Source: Pseudoxanthobacter sp. M-2 (GTDB lineage: Bacteria > Pseudomonadota > Alphaproteobacteria > Rhizobiales > Segnochrobactraceae). From it: a stretch of DNA of 40,000 bases. The position numbers were made by a program, and so were the translations under genes. The notes under the pieces were generated by a model, which did not search any database, was not told the origin of the DNA, and was given only the letters and a program-made list of their open reading frames with translations. This document shows, in pieces, positions 26,140 through 34,403 of this stretch. The stretch lies in the NCBI RefSeq assembly GCF_046156265.1, contig NZ_JAWDIR010000046.1:91358-131357 (forward strand). Reading direction: 5' to 3'. Positions within the stretch are counted from its first letter, which is position 1. Every line of letters starts with the position of its first letter.

Positions 26140-27249
26140 ATGAGCGTGCGCATCGACGGCGAGGCGGCGAGCTTCGAGGACGCGATCGAGCGGGCGGCGG
26201 CGGTGCTGTCGGCCGGGCGCGCGCCCGTCGTCGCCGGGCTCGGCACCGACATTGCCGGCGTGCGGGCGGCGCTCAAGCTCGCCGAGCACCTGCGCGCCGC
26301 CGTCGGCCACAGCGCCGGTCCGGCGCTGGCGCGCGACATCGCCGTGCTGTCCGAGACCGGGCTCCTGTTCGCCACCCCGACCGAGGCCGGACGGCGAGCC
26401 GACACCGTGCTGCTCGTCGGCGATCTCGCCGCCCGCGCCGGCTGGCTCGCCGAGGTGTTCGGCCGGGATGGTGCGCCGACGCGGACGGTCGTGAGCCTCG
26501 CCGCCTCGGCGAAGGCTGCGGCGGCGCTGGACGCGGGGGGAACGCTGCTCGCGCTCGACATCAAGGGTCTCGGCGTGCGCGACACGCTGCTGGCGCTGAA
26601 GGCCCGCGTCGGCGGGCGACCGGTGGACGCGGCGCGTCTCGGTCGCACCGGCCTGCGTGATCTCGACAAGGCGGTGAAGACGCTCGCGGCCGCCCAGTAC
26701 GGCGTCGTCGTCTGGGACGCGGCCGATCTCGACGGTCTCGCCGTGGAGGCCGCCGCCGGCCTCGTGCGTGATCTCAACGCCGCCACGCGCTTTGCCGCCG
26801 TGCCATTCCCAGGCGACGACAACGCCGCCGGGACCGTGCTCGCCTGCGCCTGGACGACCGGCTTCCCGCCGCCGCTCGGCTTTCCCGGCGGCATCGCCAC
26901 CCATGATCCGTGGCGCTTCGACGTCGACCGCATGGTGGCGAGCGGCGAGGCCGACGCGGCGCTGTGGATTTCCGCGATGACGCCCGGCGCACCGACGTGG
27001 ACGCAGTCGCCGCCGACGGTGGCGCTGGTCGCCGCCGGCACCCGCTTCGCCACGCCGCCGGCCGTCGTCATCGAGGTGCGCCGGCCCGACCGCACCGCTG
27101 ACGCCGTTCTCCACGACGCCCGCACCAACACGCTCACGCCGGTGGCGGCGCCGCGCGGCAAGGCCGCCGCCGATGGCGCGCCGACGGTGGCGGCGGTGAT
27201 CGAGGCGATCCATCTCCGGCTCTCCGGCAAGGGTGGCGCGCCATGCTGA
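26140..27249 (+). CDS. fhcB: Formyltransferase/hydrolase complex subunit B (FmdB/FwdB homolog)
   Basis: MSVRIDGEAASFEDAIERAAAVLSAGRAPVVAGLGTDIAG...; about 369 aa. The stop overlaps the fhcA start (ATGCTGA). The upstream part of the track ORF (25879-26139) is Arg-rich and overlaps the PCD-like gene. Confidence 0.85.
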   Translation: MSVRIDGEAASFEDAIERAAAVLSAGRAPVVAGLGTDIAGVRAALKLAEHLRAAVGHSAGPALARDIAVLSETGLLFATPTEAGRRADTVLLVGDLAARAGWLAEVFGRDGAPTRTVVSLAASAKAAAALDAGGTLLALDIKGLGVRDTLLALKARVGGRPVDAARLGRTGLRDLDKAVKTLAAAQYGVVVWDAADLDGLAVEAAAGLVRDLNAATRFAAVPFPGDDNAAGTVLACAWTTGFPPPLGFPGGIATHDPWRFDVDRMVASGEADAALWISAMTPGAPTWTQSPPTVALVAAGTRFATPPAVVIEVRRPDRTADAVLHDARTNTLTPVAAPRGKAAADGAPTVAAVIEAIHLRLSGKGGAPC

Positions 27250-28880
27250 TCCGATTGAAGGGCGGCCGCGTCATCGATCCGGCGCATGACCGCGACGAGA
27301 TCGATGACATCTGGATGCAGGACGGCCGCATCGTCGCGCGGCCGCCGCGCGGGACCGAGCCGGATGCCGTCCACGACGTCTCCGGCAAGGTCGTCATGGC
27401 CGGCGGCATCGACATCCACAGTCACGTCGCCGGCGGCAACGTCACGCTGTCGCGGCTGCTGCTGCCGGAGCTGCACGAGGGCACCGAGGCGCCGCCGGAG
27501 GGCCAGCCGTTCGGCACCGCCCGCTGGTCGAGCTACGAGACCGGCCGGCTCTATGCCCGCATGGGCTTCACCACGGTCGTCGAGCCGGCCGTCGCCCCGT
27601 CGCAGGCGCTGCAGGCGCACCTCGAGCTCGCCGACCTGCCGATCCTCGACAAGGCGACCCTGTCGGTGCTCGGCAACGACGAGGTGCTGCTCGGGTTGAT
27701 GCGCGACAAGGCCGGCCGCGACGCCATCGCCGACTATGTCGGGCTGGTGGTGGCGAAGAGCCGGGCGATCGGCGTCAAGTGCATCAACGCCGGCGGCTCG
27801 GCCGCCTTCAAGGACAACGTCCGCACCTTCGGCCTCGACGACGTCATCCCGTCCTACGGGCTGTCGTCGCGGCAGATCTTCAAGGCGCTGCAGCAGGCGG
27901 TGGTCGACCTGCGCATCCGCCATCCGCTGCACCTGCACTGCAACAATCTCGGCGTCGCCGGCGCCATCGAGACGCTGACCGAGACGATCGAGGCGGCGGA
28001 CGGGTTGCCGCTGCACCTCGCCCACGTGCAGTTCTACGCCTATGGGCGCGAGGGCAAGCGCGGCTTCTCCTCCGGCGCGCAGCAACTGATCCGCTCCCTC
28101 AACCTCAACCCGAACGTCACGGTCGACGTCGGTCAGGTGATGTTCGGCCAGACGGTGACGATCTCGTCGGATTCGCTGCGGCAATACTCCGCCCACGCGC
28201 TCGCCAGCCCGAACAAGTGGATCGTCTGGGACGGCGAGGGCAACGGCGGCGGCATCGTGCCGTTCCACTACAAGGCCTCGAACGTCATCAACGCCCTGCA
28301 GTGGGCGATCGGGCTCGAGATCTTCCTGTCGGCGCACGACCCCTGGCAGGTGTTCTTCACCACCGACCATCCGAACGGCGCGCCGTTCACCACCTACCCG
28401 AAGATCCTGCACCTCCTGATGGACCGCGACGAGCGCGCCCGCTACATCGCCGGCCTGCCGAAGGCGGCGATGGCGCTGTCGGCGCTGCCCTCGATCACCC
28501 GCGAGTTCACGCTTCAGGAAGTGGCGATCATGACGCGCGCGGCACCGGCGCGCCTGCTCGGCCTGACCGACCGCGGCCACCTCGCGCCCGGCTCGATCGC
28601 CGACGTGTCGGTCTACACCGACACTGCCGACCGCACCGCGATGTTCGAGAGGGCGGCGCTGGTCTTCAAGGACGGTCATCTCGTCGTCCGCGATGGCGAG
28701 GTGACCGAGTACCGCTTCGGCCGCGCCGAGACCGTCGAGCCCGGCTTCGACAAGGGGATCGTGCGAAAGATCGACGGCCGGCTCGGCGACCTCTACGGCA
28801 CCGACACGCGGCAGTTCACGGTGCCGGCCGGCGCGATCGGCCGCGACGAACCGTTCCGGGTGCATCCATGCCGAAGCTGA
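27243..28880 (+). CDS. fhcA: Formyltransferase/hydrolase complex subunit A (FmdA/FwdA homolog, amidohydrolase fold)
   Basis: MLIRLKGGRVIDPAH...VVMAGGIDIHSHVAGG (metal-binding HxH context) ...HLHCNNLG...LHLAHVQFY...FFTTDHPNG is the typical FhcA/FwdA pattern. Confidence 0.9.
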   Translation: MLIRLKGGRVIDPAHDRDEIDDIWMQDGRIVARPPRGTEPDAVHDVSGKVVMAGGIDIHSHVAGGNVTLSRLLLPELHEGTEAPPEGQPFGTARWSSYETGRLYARMGFTTVVEPAVAPSQALQAHLELADLPILDKATLSVLGNDEVLLGLMRDKAGRDAIADYVGLVVAKSRAIGVKCINAGGSAAFKDNVRTFGLDDVIPSYGLSSRQIFKALQQAVVDLRIRHPLHLHCNNLGVAGAIETLTETIEAADGLPLHLAHVQFYAYGREGKRGFSSGAQQLIRSLNLNPNVTVDVGQVMFGQTVTISSDSLRQYSAHALASPNKWIVWDGEGNGGGIVPFHYKASNVINALQWAIGLEIFLSAHDPWQVFFTTDHPNGAPFTTYPKILHLLMDRDERARYIAGLPKAAMALSALPSITREFTLQEVAIMTRAAPARLLGLTDRGHLAPGSIADVSVYTDTADRTAMFERAALVFKDGHLVVRDGEVTEYRFGRAETVEPGFDKGIVRKIDGRLGDLYGTDTRQFTVPAGAIGRDEPFRVHPCRS

Positions 28881-29773
28881 AGGTCAACGGCATTGGCATC
28901 GACGAGGGCTTCGCCGAGGCCTTCGATATGGCCGCCACCGGCGTCGTCATCACCGCCGACACCCTCGAGTGGGCGCGCGTCGCCGCGGTCTCGATGACGG
29001 GCTTCGCCACCTCCGTCATCGCCTGCGGCTGCGAGGCCGGCATCGAGCGCGAGCTTACGCCCGACGAGACGCCGGACGGCCGCCCGGGTGTGCGGGTGCT
29101 CCTGTTCGGCTTCTCGCCGCAGATCTGCGAGACGCAGATCGTCACCCGCGTCGGCCAGTGCGTGCTCACCTGCGCCGGCACCGCCTGCTTCGCCGGCCTG
29201 CCCGACGGCACGCCGATCAAGCTCGGGGCGAGCCTGCGCTACTTCGGCGACGGCCACCAGATCGCCAAGCAGATCGCCGGCCGCCGCTACTGGCGCGTGC
29301 CGGTGATGGACGGCGAGTTCCTCGTCGAGCACCACACGTTTGCGGTCGAAGGCGCTGTCGGCGGCGGCAACCTCCTGTTCCTCGCCACCTCGCGGGCCGG
29401 CGCCCGCGCCGCCGCGGAAGCGGCGGTGACGGCGATGCGCGACGTGCCGGACGTCATCATGCCGTTCCCCGGCGGCGTGGTGCGGTCGGGCTCCAAGGTC
29501 GGCTCGAAGTACAAGGGCCAACCCGCGTCCACCAACGACGCCTACTGCCCGACGCTGAAGGGCGGCGTCAAAAGCGCCCTCGATCCGGAGATCGAGGCGG
29601 TGCTCGAAATCGTCATCGACGGGCTGTCGTTCGCTGCCGTGCAGGAGGCGATGCGCGCCGGGCTGCACGCGGCGGCGGCCCTTGGCCGTGAATCGGGTCT
29701 GCGCCGCATCGCCGCCGGCAACTATGGCGGCAAGCTCGGTCGCCACCACTTCCATCTGAAGGACCTCGTCTGA
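28868..29773 (+). CDS. fhcD: Formylmethanofuran:tetrahydromethanopterin N-formyltransferase (Ftr homolog)
   Basis: MPKLKVNGIGIDEGFAEAFDMAATGVVITA...MTGFATSVIACGCEAGIE...VRVLLFGFS; about 301 aa. Overlaps the fhcA 3' end by 13 nt. The remainder of the 27779-29773 track ORF is off-frame over fhcA. Confidence 0.9.
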   Translation: MPKLKVNGIGIDEGFAEAFDMAATGVVITADTLEWARVAAVSMTGFATSVIACGCEAGIERELTPDETPDGRPGVRVLLFGFSPQICETQIVTRVGQCVLTCAGTACFAGLPDGTPIKLGASLRYFGDGHQIAKQIAGRRYWRVPVMDGEFLVEHHTFAVEGAVGGGNLLFLATSRAGARAAAEAAVTAMRDVPDVIMPFPGGVVRSGSKVGSKYKGQPASTNDAYCPTLKGGVKSALDPEIEAVLEIVIDGLSFAAVQEAMRAGLHAAAALGRESGLRRIAAGNYGGKLGRHHFHLKDLV

Positions 29774-30576
29774 TGGGCGCGCTCACCTTCACCCTGAAGG
29801 CGCCCCCGGCGGTCCGGGTCGACCTCGCACCGCTGACGCCGGAAAAGCTCGCGGGGCTGAAGCCGCGGGAGATCGCGAAGTGGCCGCTGGTCGGCGGTCG
29901 CGACGGCCTCACCGTCGGCGATCTCTTCACCGTCCGCGCCGGTGACGCCGAGACCATCGTCATCGACGGCGGCTCGCTGCTGTTCGATTCGGTCGGCGCC
30001 GGCATGGGTGGCGGCGCGATCCGCGTCGTCGGCGACGTCGGCGCCCGCGCCGGCGCGGGCATGCGCGGCGGGCGTCTCGATGTCGAGGGCTCGGCCGGAC
30101 CCTGGCTCGCCGCCGGGCTCACGGAGGGGCGGGTGTCGGTCGCGGGCGATGCTGCAGAGCGCGCCGGCGGGGCGCTGCCCGGTCGCATGGCCGGCATGGC
30201 CGGCGGCATCCTCACCATCGGCGGCACGGCGGGGCCGCGCTGCGGCGACCGCATGCGCCGCGGCCTGATCGTCGCCGGCGCCTGTGGGCCCGAGGCCGGA
30301 TCGCGGATGATCGCCGGCACCATCCTCGCCACGCGCTTCGGAGCCGACGCCGGGGTGCTGATGAAGCGTGGCACGCTCATCGCCGGCGCTCTCGATGCAC
30401 CGCCGCTGCCGACCTTCGTGTCCTGCGGCGAGCACGACCTGCAGGTGCTGCCGATGCTCGCCGCCTGGGTCGCGACGCTCGGCCTCGCCGCTCCGCCGGC
30501 GGTGCCCCGCCGCGTGCTGCGCCTGCAGGGCGACATGGCTGCCCTGGGCCTGGGCGAGATTCTGCTCGCCGCCTGA
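29773..30576 (+). CDS. fhcC: Formyltransferase/hydrolase complex subunit C (FmdC/FwdC homolog, beta-helix Gly repeats)
   Basis: Repeated G-x-x-G-x-x-M-x-G-G units (GAGMGGGAIRVVGDVGARAGAGMRGGRLDVEG...MAGGILTIGG). The start overlaps the fhcD stop (TGATG). Confidence 0.88.
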   Translation: MGALTFTLKAPPAVRVDLAPLTPEKLAGLKPREIAKWPLVGGRDGLTVGDLFTVRAGDAETIVIDGGSLLFDSVGAGMGGGAIRVVGDVGARAGAGMRGGRLDVEGSAGPWLAAGLTEGRVSVAGDAAERAGGALPGRMAGMAGGILTIGGTAGPRCGDRMRRGLIVAGACGPEAGSRMIAGTILATRFGADAGVLMKRGTLIAGALDAPPLPTFVSCGEHDLQVLPMLAAWVATLGLAAPPAVPRRVLRLQGDMAALGLGEILLAA

Positions 30577-30776
30577 GCATCCGGGACGCCTTCGGCAGAG
30601 ATCCCGCGACGGCATCACCCCCGTGGCGCTCCGGCCGGGCCCGGGACCCAATCCGTCCACCTCGCATCCGCCCCAGGCGACACCGTGCGCGGCGATGCAG
30701 CGCCGTCGCCCGCGGCCGGTCTGCTGCCGCACGGTGACGGTTGCTGCAGGCTGCTCGCGCGATCGTGAGGGCTAGC

Positions 30777-30792
30777 TGGCATTCTTCCTGCA
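30777..30792 (+). promoter_or_regulatory. Sigma54-like -24/-12 element (TGGCATTCTTCCTGCA)
   Basis: GG and GC dinucleotides have exactly the canonical spacing of TGGCAC-N5-TTGCW. The motif lies in a locally AT-richer patch about 150 nt upstream of the first small Cys-protein ORF. No enhancer-binding protein gene is in the window. Confidence 0.3.
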
Positions 30793-30943
30793 GGTTCTTA
30801 GGCACGAGACAGCGGTTCCCGCGAAGAACGGGGCCGTCGTGGCGGGGCGGTCTTGGACCAGCCCCCCGGGGGAGCGAGACGCGCGAGGTCAACCCGGCCG
30901 CCGAGGCTGTTCGACCAGCCGGCGGTCCATGGAGCGACCTGCC

Positions 30944-31153
30944 GTGGAAATCGTCATCACCGTCTGTGCCCTGCTCGCCGCCCACCCCTGCGAGGACCGC
31001 TCGATCGGCCTCGATCCGGAGGCGCGAATCACGCCGGCCACCTGCATGATGCAGGCGATGCCGATCGTCGCGCAGTGGGCGAGCGAGCATCCGAAGCTCG
31101 TGGTCAAGCGCTGGCGCTGCGCCGACCGCTCACGCAAGGAGTGGCCGGTCTGA
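30944..31153 (+). CDS. Small (about 69 aa) conserved-Cys hypothetical protein, paralog A
   Basis: GTG at 30944, with GGAG at 30931-30934; an alternative in-frame ATG is at 30929. It aligns along its length with the next ORF: VEIVITVC...C-ED...C-M..AMP..AQWA..HP..V.K.WRCA. G/C-rich third positions. Confidence 0.6.
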   Translation: MEIVITVCALLAAHPCEDRSIGLDPEARITPATCMMQAMPIVAQWASEHPKLVVKRWRCADRSRKEWPV

Positions 31154-31310
31154 CGGTCCAGTCGCAGGGATGTGATGTCGCAGAGGGCATCCATTCCCGC
31201 CGAGGCGCGTAAAAGTTCCCGTCAAACCCGGCGATCGGCGGGCTTCGGCGCGGCACTCACGGCTAGCCGCGCCCGCTCCGCGCAGCGACCGCTGCCCGAG
31301 GGGAAAGCCC

Positions 31311-31517
31311 GTGGAACTCATCGTCTTCGTCTGCCTCGTCGCCAATGCCGCCGTCTGCGAGGAACAGCACCTCTCGGTCGCGCTGGAGCCCGTGCCGCAG
31401 TCGCTCTGCATGGCGAAGGCGATGCCCCATCTCGCCCAGTGGGCCGGGGATCATCCGCAGTTCGTCATCAAGAAATGGCGTTGCGCCATTCCCGGCATGG
31501 ACGGCCGCGAGATCTGA
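31311..31517 (+). CDS. Small (68 aa) conserved-Cys hypothetical protein, paralog B
   Basis: GTG at 31311 with GAGGGGA 6 nt upstream. MELIVFVCLVANAAVCEEQ...LCMAKAMPHLAQWAGDHPQFVIKKWRCA is paralogous to 30944-31153. Protein-level conservation despite diverged DNA supports coding. Confidence 0.65.
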   Translation: MELIVFVCLVANAAVCEEQHLSVALEPVPQSLCMAKAMPHLAQWAGDHPQFVIKKWRCAIPGMDGREI

Positions 31518-31788
31518 GACGCCCGATCGTCGCCCGGTGACTCGGCGGGTGAGGCGGGGCCTGGCAGGCTCGACCGTCGTTTGCGGGCGCTCGGCACGGT
31601 GATCTTCGGGGCATTGTTCCCGGGGGGCTTGGCGTGACGGCCGCTTTCGGCCTCTACTGCGCCGCGGGTGACGATCGCCGCCGCCGGCGGTGATACCCCC
31701 ACGGATCGGGAGCCGTGCGGCACGCACCACGAACCTGGCCTCGCCGCGTCCCGGCGACGGAGCGCCCCTGCGCGGGTGGCCGGCGGCG

Positions 31789-33531
31789 ATGAGGCGCGCG
31801 CTCACCCTGCTGCGCTCGCTGCGCGCCCGCTTCCTGCTCGCCGTCGGCCTGCTCGCGCTGGTCGCCATGGCGGCGGCGGTGGCGCTCGTCGTCGGCATCT
31901 CGGCGGCGACGCGCGACATCGACACGGCGGCGGCGGCGCACCGCCGGGTCGAGCTCCTCGGTGCGCTGTCGGCCCGCGTCTCCGACTATGCGGTGCTGCT
32001 GCTGCAAGCGCTGGCGCCGGCCGCCACGGCGCCGCAGGGCGGCGGTGCCGACGTCGCCGGGACGCGCCTCGACAGCGCCCGCGTCCAGGTCGAGCGCGCC
32101 TTCGTCGACCTCGACGGCGCCCTGCGCGCCGAGATCGACCGCACCCCGGACGCCGACGGCAAGACGATGGTCGCGACGCGCTCGATCGTACTCGCCCGAA
32201 TGCGCGCCCGCTTCCAGTCGCTCGACCGCCAGGTACAGCCGCTGGTGTTCGGCCACGCCGGCGACCCCGCCGCCGATGCCGGCCGGCTGCGCGCCATGCT
32301 CGACACCTTCGCCACCTCGTTCGCGCCGCTGCTCGCCGAACTCATCGATGAGGAGCGCCGCACCTCATCGCTCGCACAGACCGAGACGAAGTCTCTGCGC
32401 GGCCGGCTGACGATGCTCGGCGTCGCCGCCGTCTGCGCCGTGCTGCTGCTCGCCGGCTTCGTCTATCTCGGCATCGTGCGGCCGGTGGCCACGCGCGCCG
32501 CCGCCGTCGCGCGGGCGGTGGGCGACATCGGCGCGGGCCGCTTCGACACCCGCCTCGCGATCGGCGGCCGCGACGAGCTCAGCCTGCTGATGCTCAGCGT
32601 CAACCGCATGGCGTCGCGCCTCGCCCGGCGCGAGGCCCGCGTCGACGCCGACCGGGCGCGGCTCACCGAGATCATCGAGGCGAACACCGCCGACCTGCGC
32701 GCCGCCAACCGCGCGCTCGAGGAGACCGACACCGCCCGCCGGCGCTTCTTCGCCGATGTCAGCCACGAGTTGCGCACGCCGCTCACCGTCATCCTCGGCG
32801 AGGCTGACGTGACGCTGCGCGCCGCCCAGAACCCGGAGCCGGTCTACCGGGCGGCGCTGACGACGATCCGTCAGCGCGGCCGCCGCCTCCGCCGCCGCGT
32901 CGAGGACCTGTTGCGCGTGGCGCGCTCGGAGAGTGGCCAGATCGAGCTCGCCGACGCCGATTTCGACGTAGCCCGGATGGTGTCGGAGGCCGTCGAGGAC
33001 GTCTCGGCCCTTGCGCGGGCCGCCGGCGTCCGGCTCGAGGCGACGCTGCCGCATAGCGGCTGCACCGCTCACGGCGATGCCGACTGGCTGCGGCAAGTCG
33101 TCGCCGGGGTGCTGGAGAATGCCGTCCGCCACTCGCCGCCGGGAGGCACCGTCGGGGTCCTCGCGCGCGCGGGCGGGGATACCATCGCGGTGACTGTCGT
33201 CGACGAGGGACCCGGCATCGCCGCGGAGGTGCTGCCGCACGTCTTCGAGCGGTTCTATCGGGGCGGCGACAGTGCCGAGCGCGGGCTCGGCTATGGCATC
33301 GGCCTGTCGCTTGCCAAGTGGATCGTCGATCAACATCATGGCGCCGTCGAAATCGAGAGCCCCGCGCGCCCGGATGGGTCGCAGGCGGGGACCGGGACGG
33401 ACGGCGCGCAGTCCGTGTCCTCCGGCGAAGCGGGATTGGGAGCCCGCCCGCCGGGAACACGGGTCACACTGCGGCTGCCGGCAGTCCGTCCGGCCGATCC
33501 GTCGGTCATGGTGATGGGAGGACAGGCGTGA
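31789..33531 (+). CDS. Sensor histidine kinase (TM - periplasmic domain - TM - HAMP - HisKA - HATPase_c)
   Basis: MRRALTLLRSLRARFLLAVGLLALVAMAAAV (TM1). Second transmembrane segment LTMLGVAAVCAVLLLAGFVYLGIV. HAMP domain. H-box FFADVSHELRTPLTVILGE. N, G1 and G2 boxes (ENAVRHSPPGG; VVDEGPGI; GYGIGLSLA). Start chosen at the ATG 31789 rather than 31690. Confidence 0.85.
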   Translation: MRRALTLLRSLRARFLLAVGLLALVAMAAAVALVVGISAATRDIDTAAAAHRRVELLGALSARVSDYAVLLLQALAPAATAPQGGGADVAGTRLDSARVQVERAFVDLDGALRAEIDRTPDADGKTMVATRSIVLARMRARFQSLDRQVQPLVFGHAGDPAADAGRLRAMLDTFATSFAPLLAELIDEERRTSSLAQTETKSLRGRLTMLGVAAVCAVLLLAGFVYLGIVRPVATRAAAVARAVGDIGAGRFDTRLAIGGRDELSLLMLSVNRMASRLARREARVDADRARLTEIIEANTADLRAANRALEETDTARRRFFADVSHELRTPLTVILGEADVTLRAAQNPEPVYRAALTTIRQRGRRLRRRVEDLLRVARSESGQIELADADFDVARMVSEAVEDVSALARAAGVRLEATLPHSGCTAHGDADWLRQVVAGVLENAVRHSPPGGTVGVLARAGGDTIAVTVVDEGPGIAAEVLPHVFERFYRGGDSAERGLGYGIGLSLAKWIVDQHHGAVEIESPARPDGSQAGTGTDGAQSVSSGEAGLGARPPGTRVTLRLPAVRPADPSVMVMGGQA

Positions 33532-34322
33532 TGAGCGTTTCCGGCATCGGTCCGGGGGCTTCGGCGCGCGCGGACGTCCGGTCGGATCAGGCCGGACCGA
33601 CGCTCGGCGGTGGCCGTTCTGTGCCGCCCGTCGCGGGCGATACCGCCGCCATCCTCGTCGTCGAGGACGATCCGGACATCGGCGGCTTCCTGCAGCGCGG
33701 CTTCCGGGCCGAGGGCTTCGCCGTCGAGCTCGTCGAGAGCGCCGACGCGGCGCTGGCGCTGGCGCTGCACCAGTCCTTCGACGCCGTCATCCTCGACGTC
33801 ATGCTGCAGGGCTCGTCGGGCCTCGATCTCTGCCGTTCGCTGCGCCAGATCGGCGTGACGAGCCCGATCCTGATGCTGTCAGCGCGCACCGCCGTTCCCG
33901 ACCGGGTGGAGGGGCTCGCGGCCGGGGCGGACGACTACATCGCCAAGCCCTTCGATTTCGACGAGCTGCTCGCCCGCCTCGCCGTCCAGCAGGTGCGCCG
34001 TCGCGACGACGATACCGGGCGGCTCGCGGTCGGCGACCTCGTGCTCGAGCTCGGCACCCGCACGGTCGTCAGCGGTGAGCATCGGGCGACGCTCACCGAA
34101 CGCGAGGCGGAGCTCTTGGCGCTGCTGATGCGCAACGCCGGCAAGCCGCTGACGCGCGGCCAGATCTTCGAGACGATGTGGGCGGGCCAGGGCGGCGCCG
34201 CCGTCAACGTCGTCGACGTCTACATCGGCTACCTGCGCCGCAAGCTCAGCCCCAACGGCGGCTCCGGCGAAACCCCGATCCGCACCATCCGCGGCCGCGG
34301 CTTCCTGCTCGCCGCCGACTGA
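33531..34322 (+). CDS. OmpR/PhoB-family response regulator (receiver plus winged-helix)
   Basis: ILVVEDDPDIGGFLQRGFRAEGF...AVILDVMLQGSSGLDLC...PILMLSAR...GADDYIAKPFDFDELLAR, then LTEREAELLALLMRNAGKPLTR...YIGYLRRKL...IRTIRGRGF. The ATG overlaps the kinase stop (TGATG). An alternative GTG start at 33621 would remove a ~30-aa low-complexity leader. Confidence 0.88.
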   Translation: MSVSGIGPGASARADVRSDQAGPTLGGGRSVPPVAGDTAAILVVEDDPDIGGFLQRGFRAEGFAVELVESADAALALALHQSFDAVILDVMLQGSSGLDLCRSLRQIGVTSPILMLSARTAVPDRVEGLAAGADDYIAKPFDFDELLARLAVQQVRRRDDDTGRLAVGDLVLELGTRTVVSGEHRATLTEREAELLALLMRNAGKPLTRGQIFETMWAGQGGAAVNVVDVYIGYLRRKLSPNGGSGETPIRTIRGRGFLLAAD

Positions 34323-34403
34323 ACCGCGGGCGGCCCGGCCGCAGCGAGCGCACGCGCGCCCGCTGCGATGCCGACCGCTCGACCTGTCCGACTGGAGTAC
34401 CCG

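Noticed and set aside
25530-28865. 1111-aa minus-strand ORF antisense to the PCD-like gene, fhcB and fhcA
   Set aside because: It is antisense to well-supported fhc genes. The C-terminal half is Ala/Ser/Arg/Pro low complexity with no domain signatures.
27779-28867. N-terminal 363 codons of the 664-aa ORF that ends as fhcD
   Set aside because: This part overlaps fhcA out of frame and is Arg/Pro-rich. The Ftr-like sequence begins only at MPKLKVNG (ATG 28868), so it is an upstream open-frame extension rather than a fusion protein.
30770-31267. GGCTAGC heptamer present upstream of both small Cys-protein genes (30770-30776 and 31261-31267); GCTAGC also occurs before sppA near 16581
   Set aside because: It is only 7 nt long. 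The distances to the two start codons differ greatly (about 174 versus 50 nt), and I cannot compute its background frequency. The evidence is not sufficient to call a shared operator.
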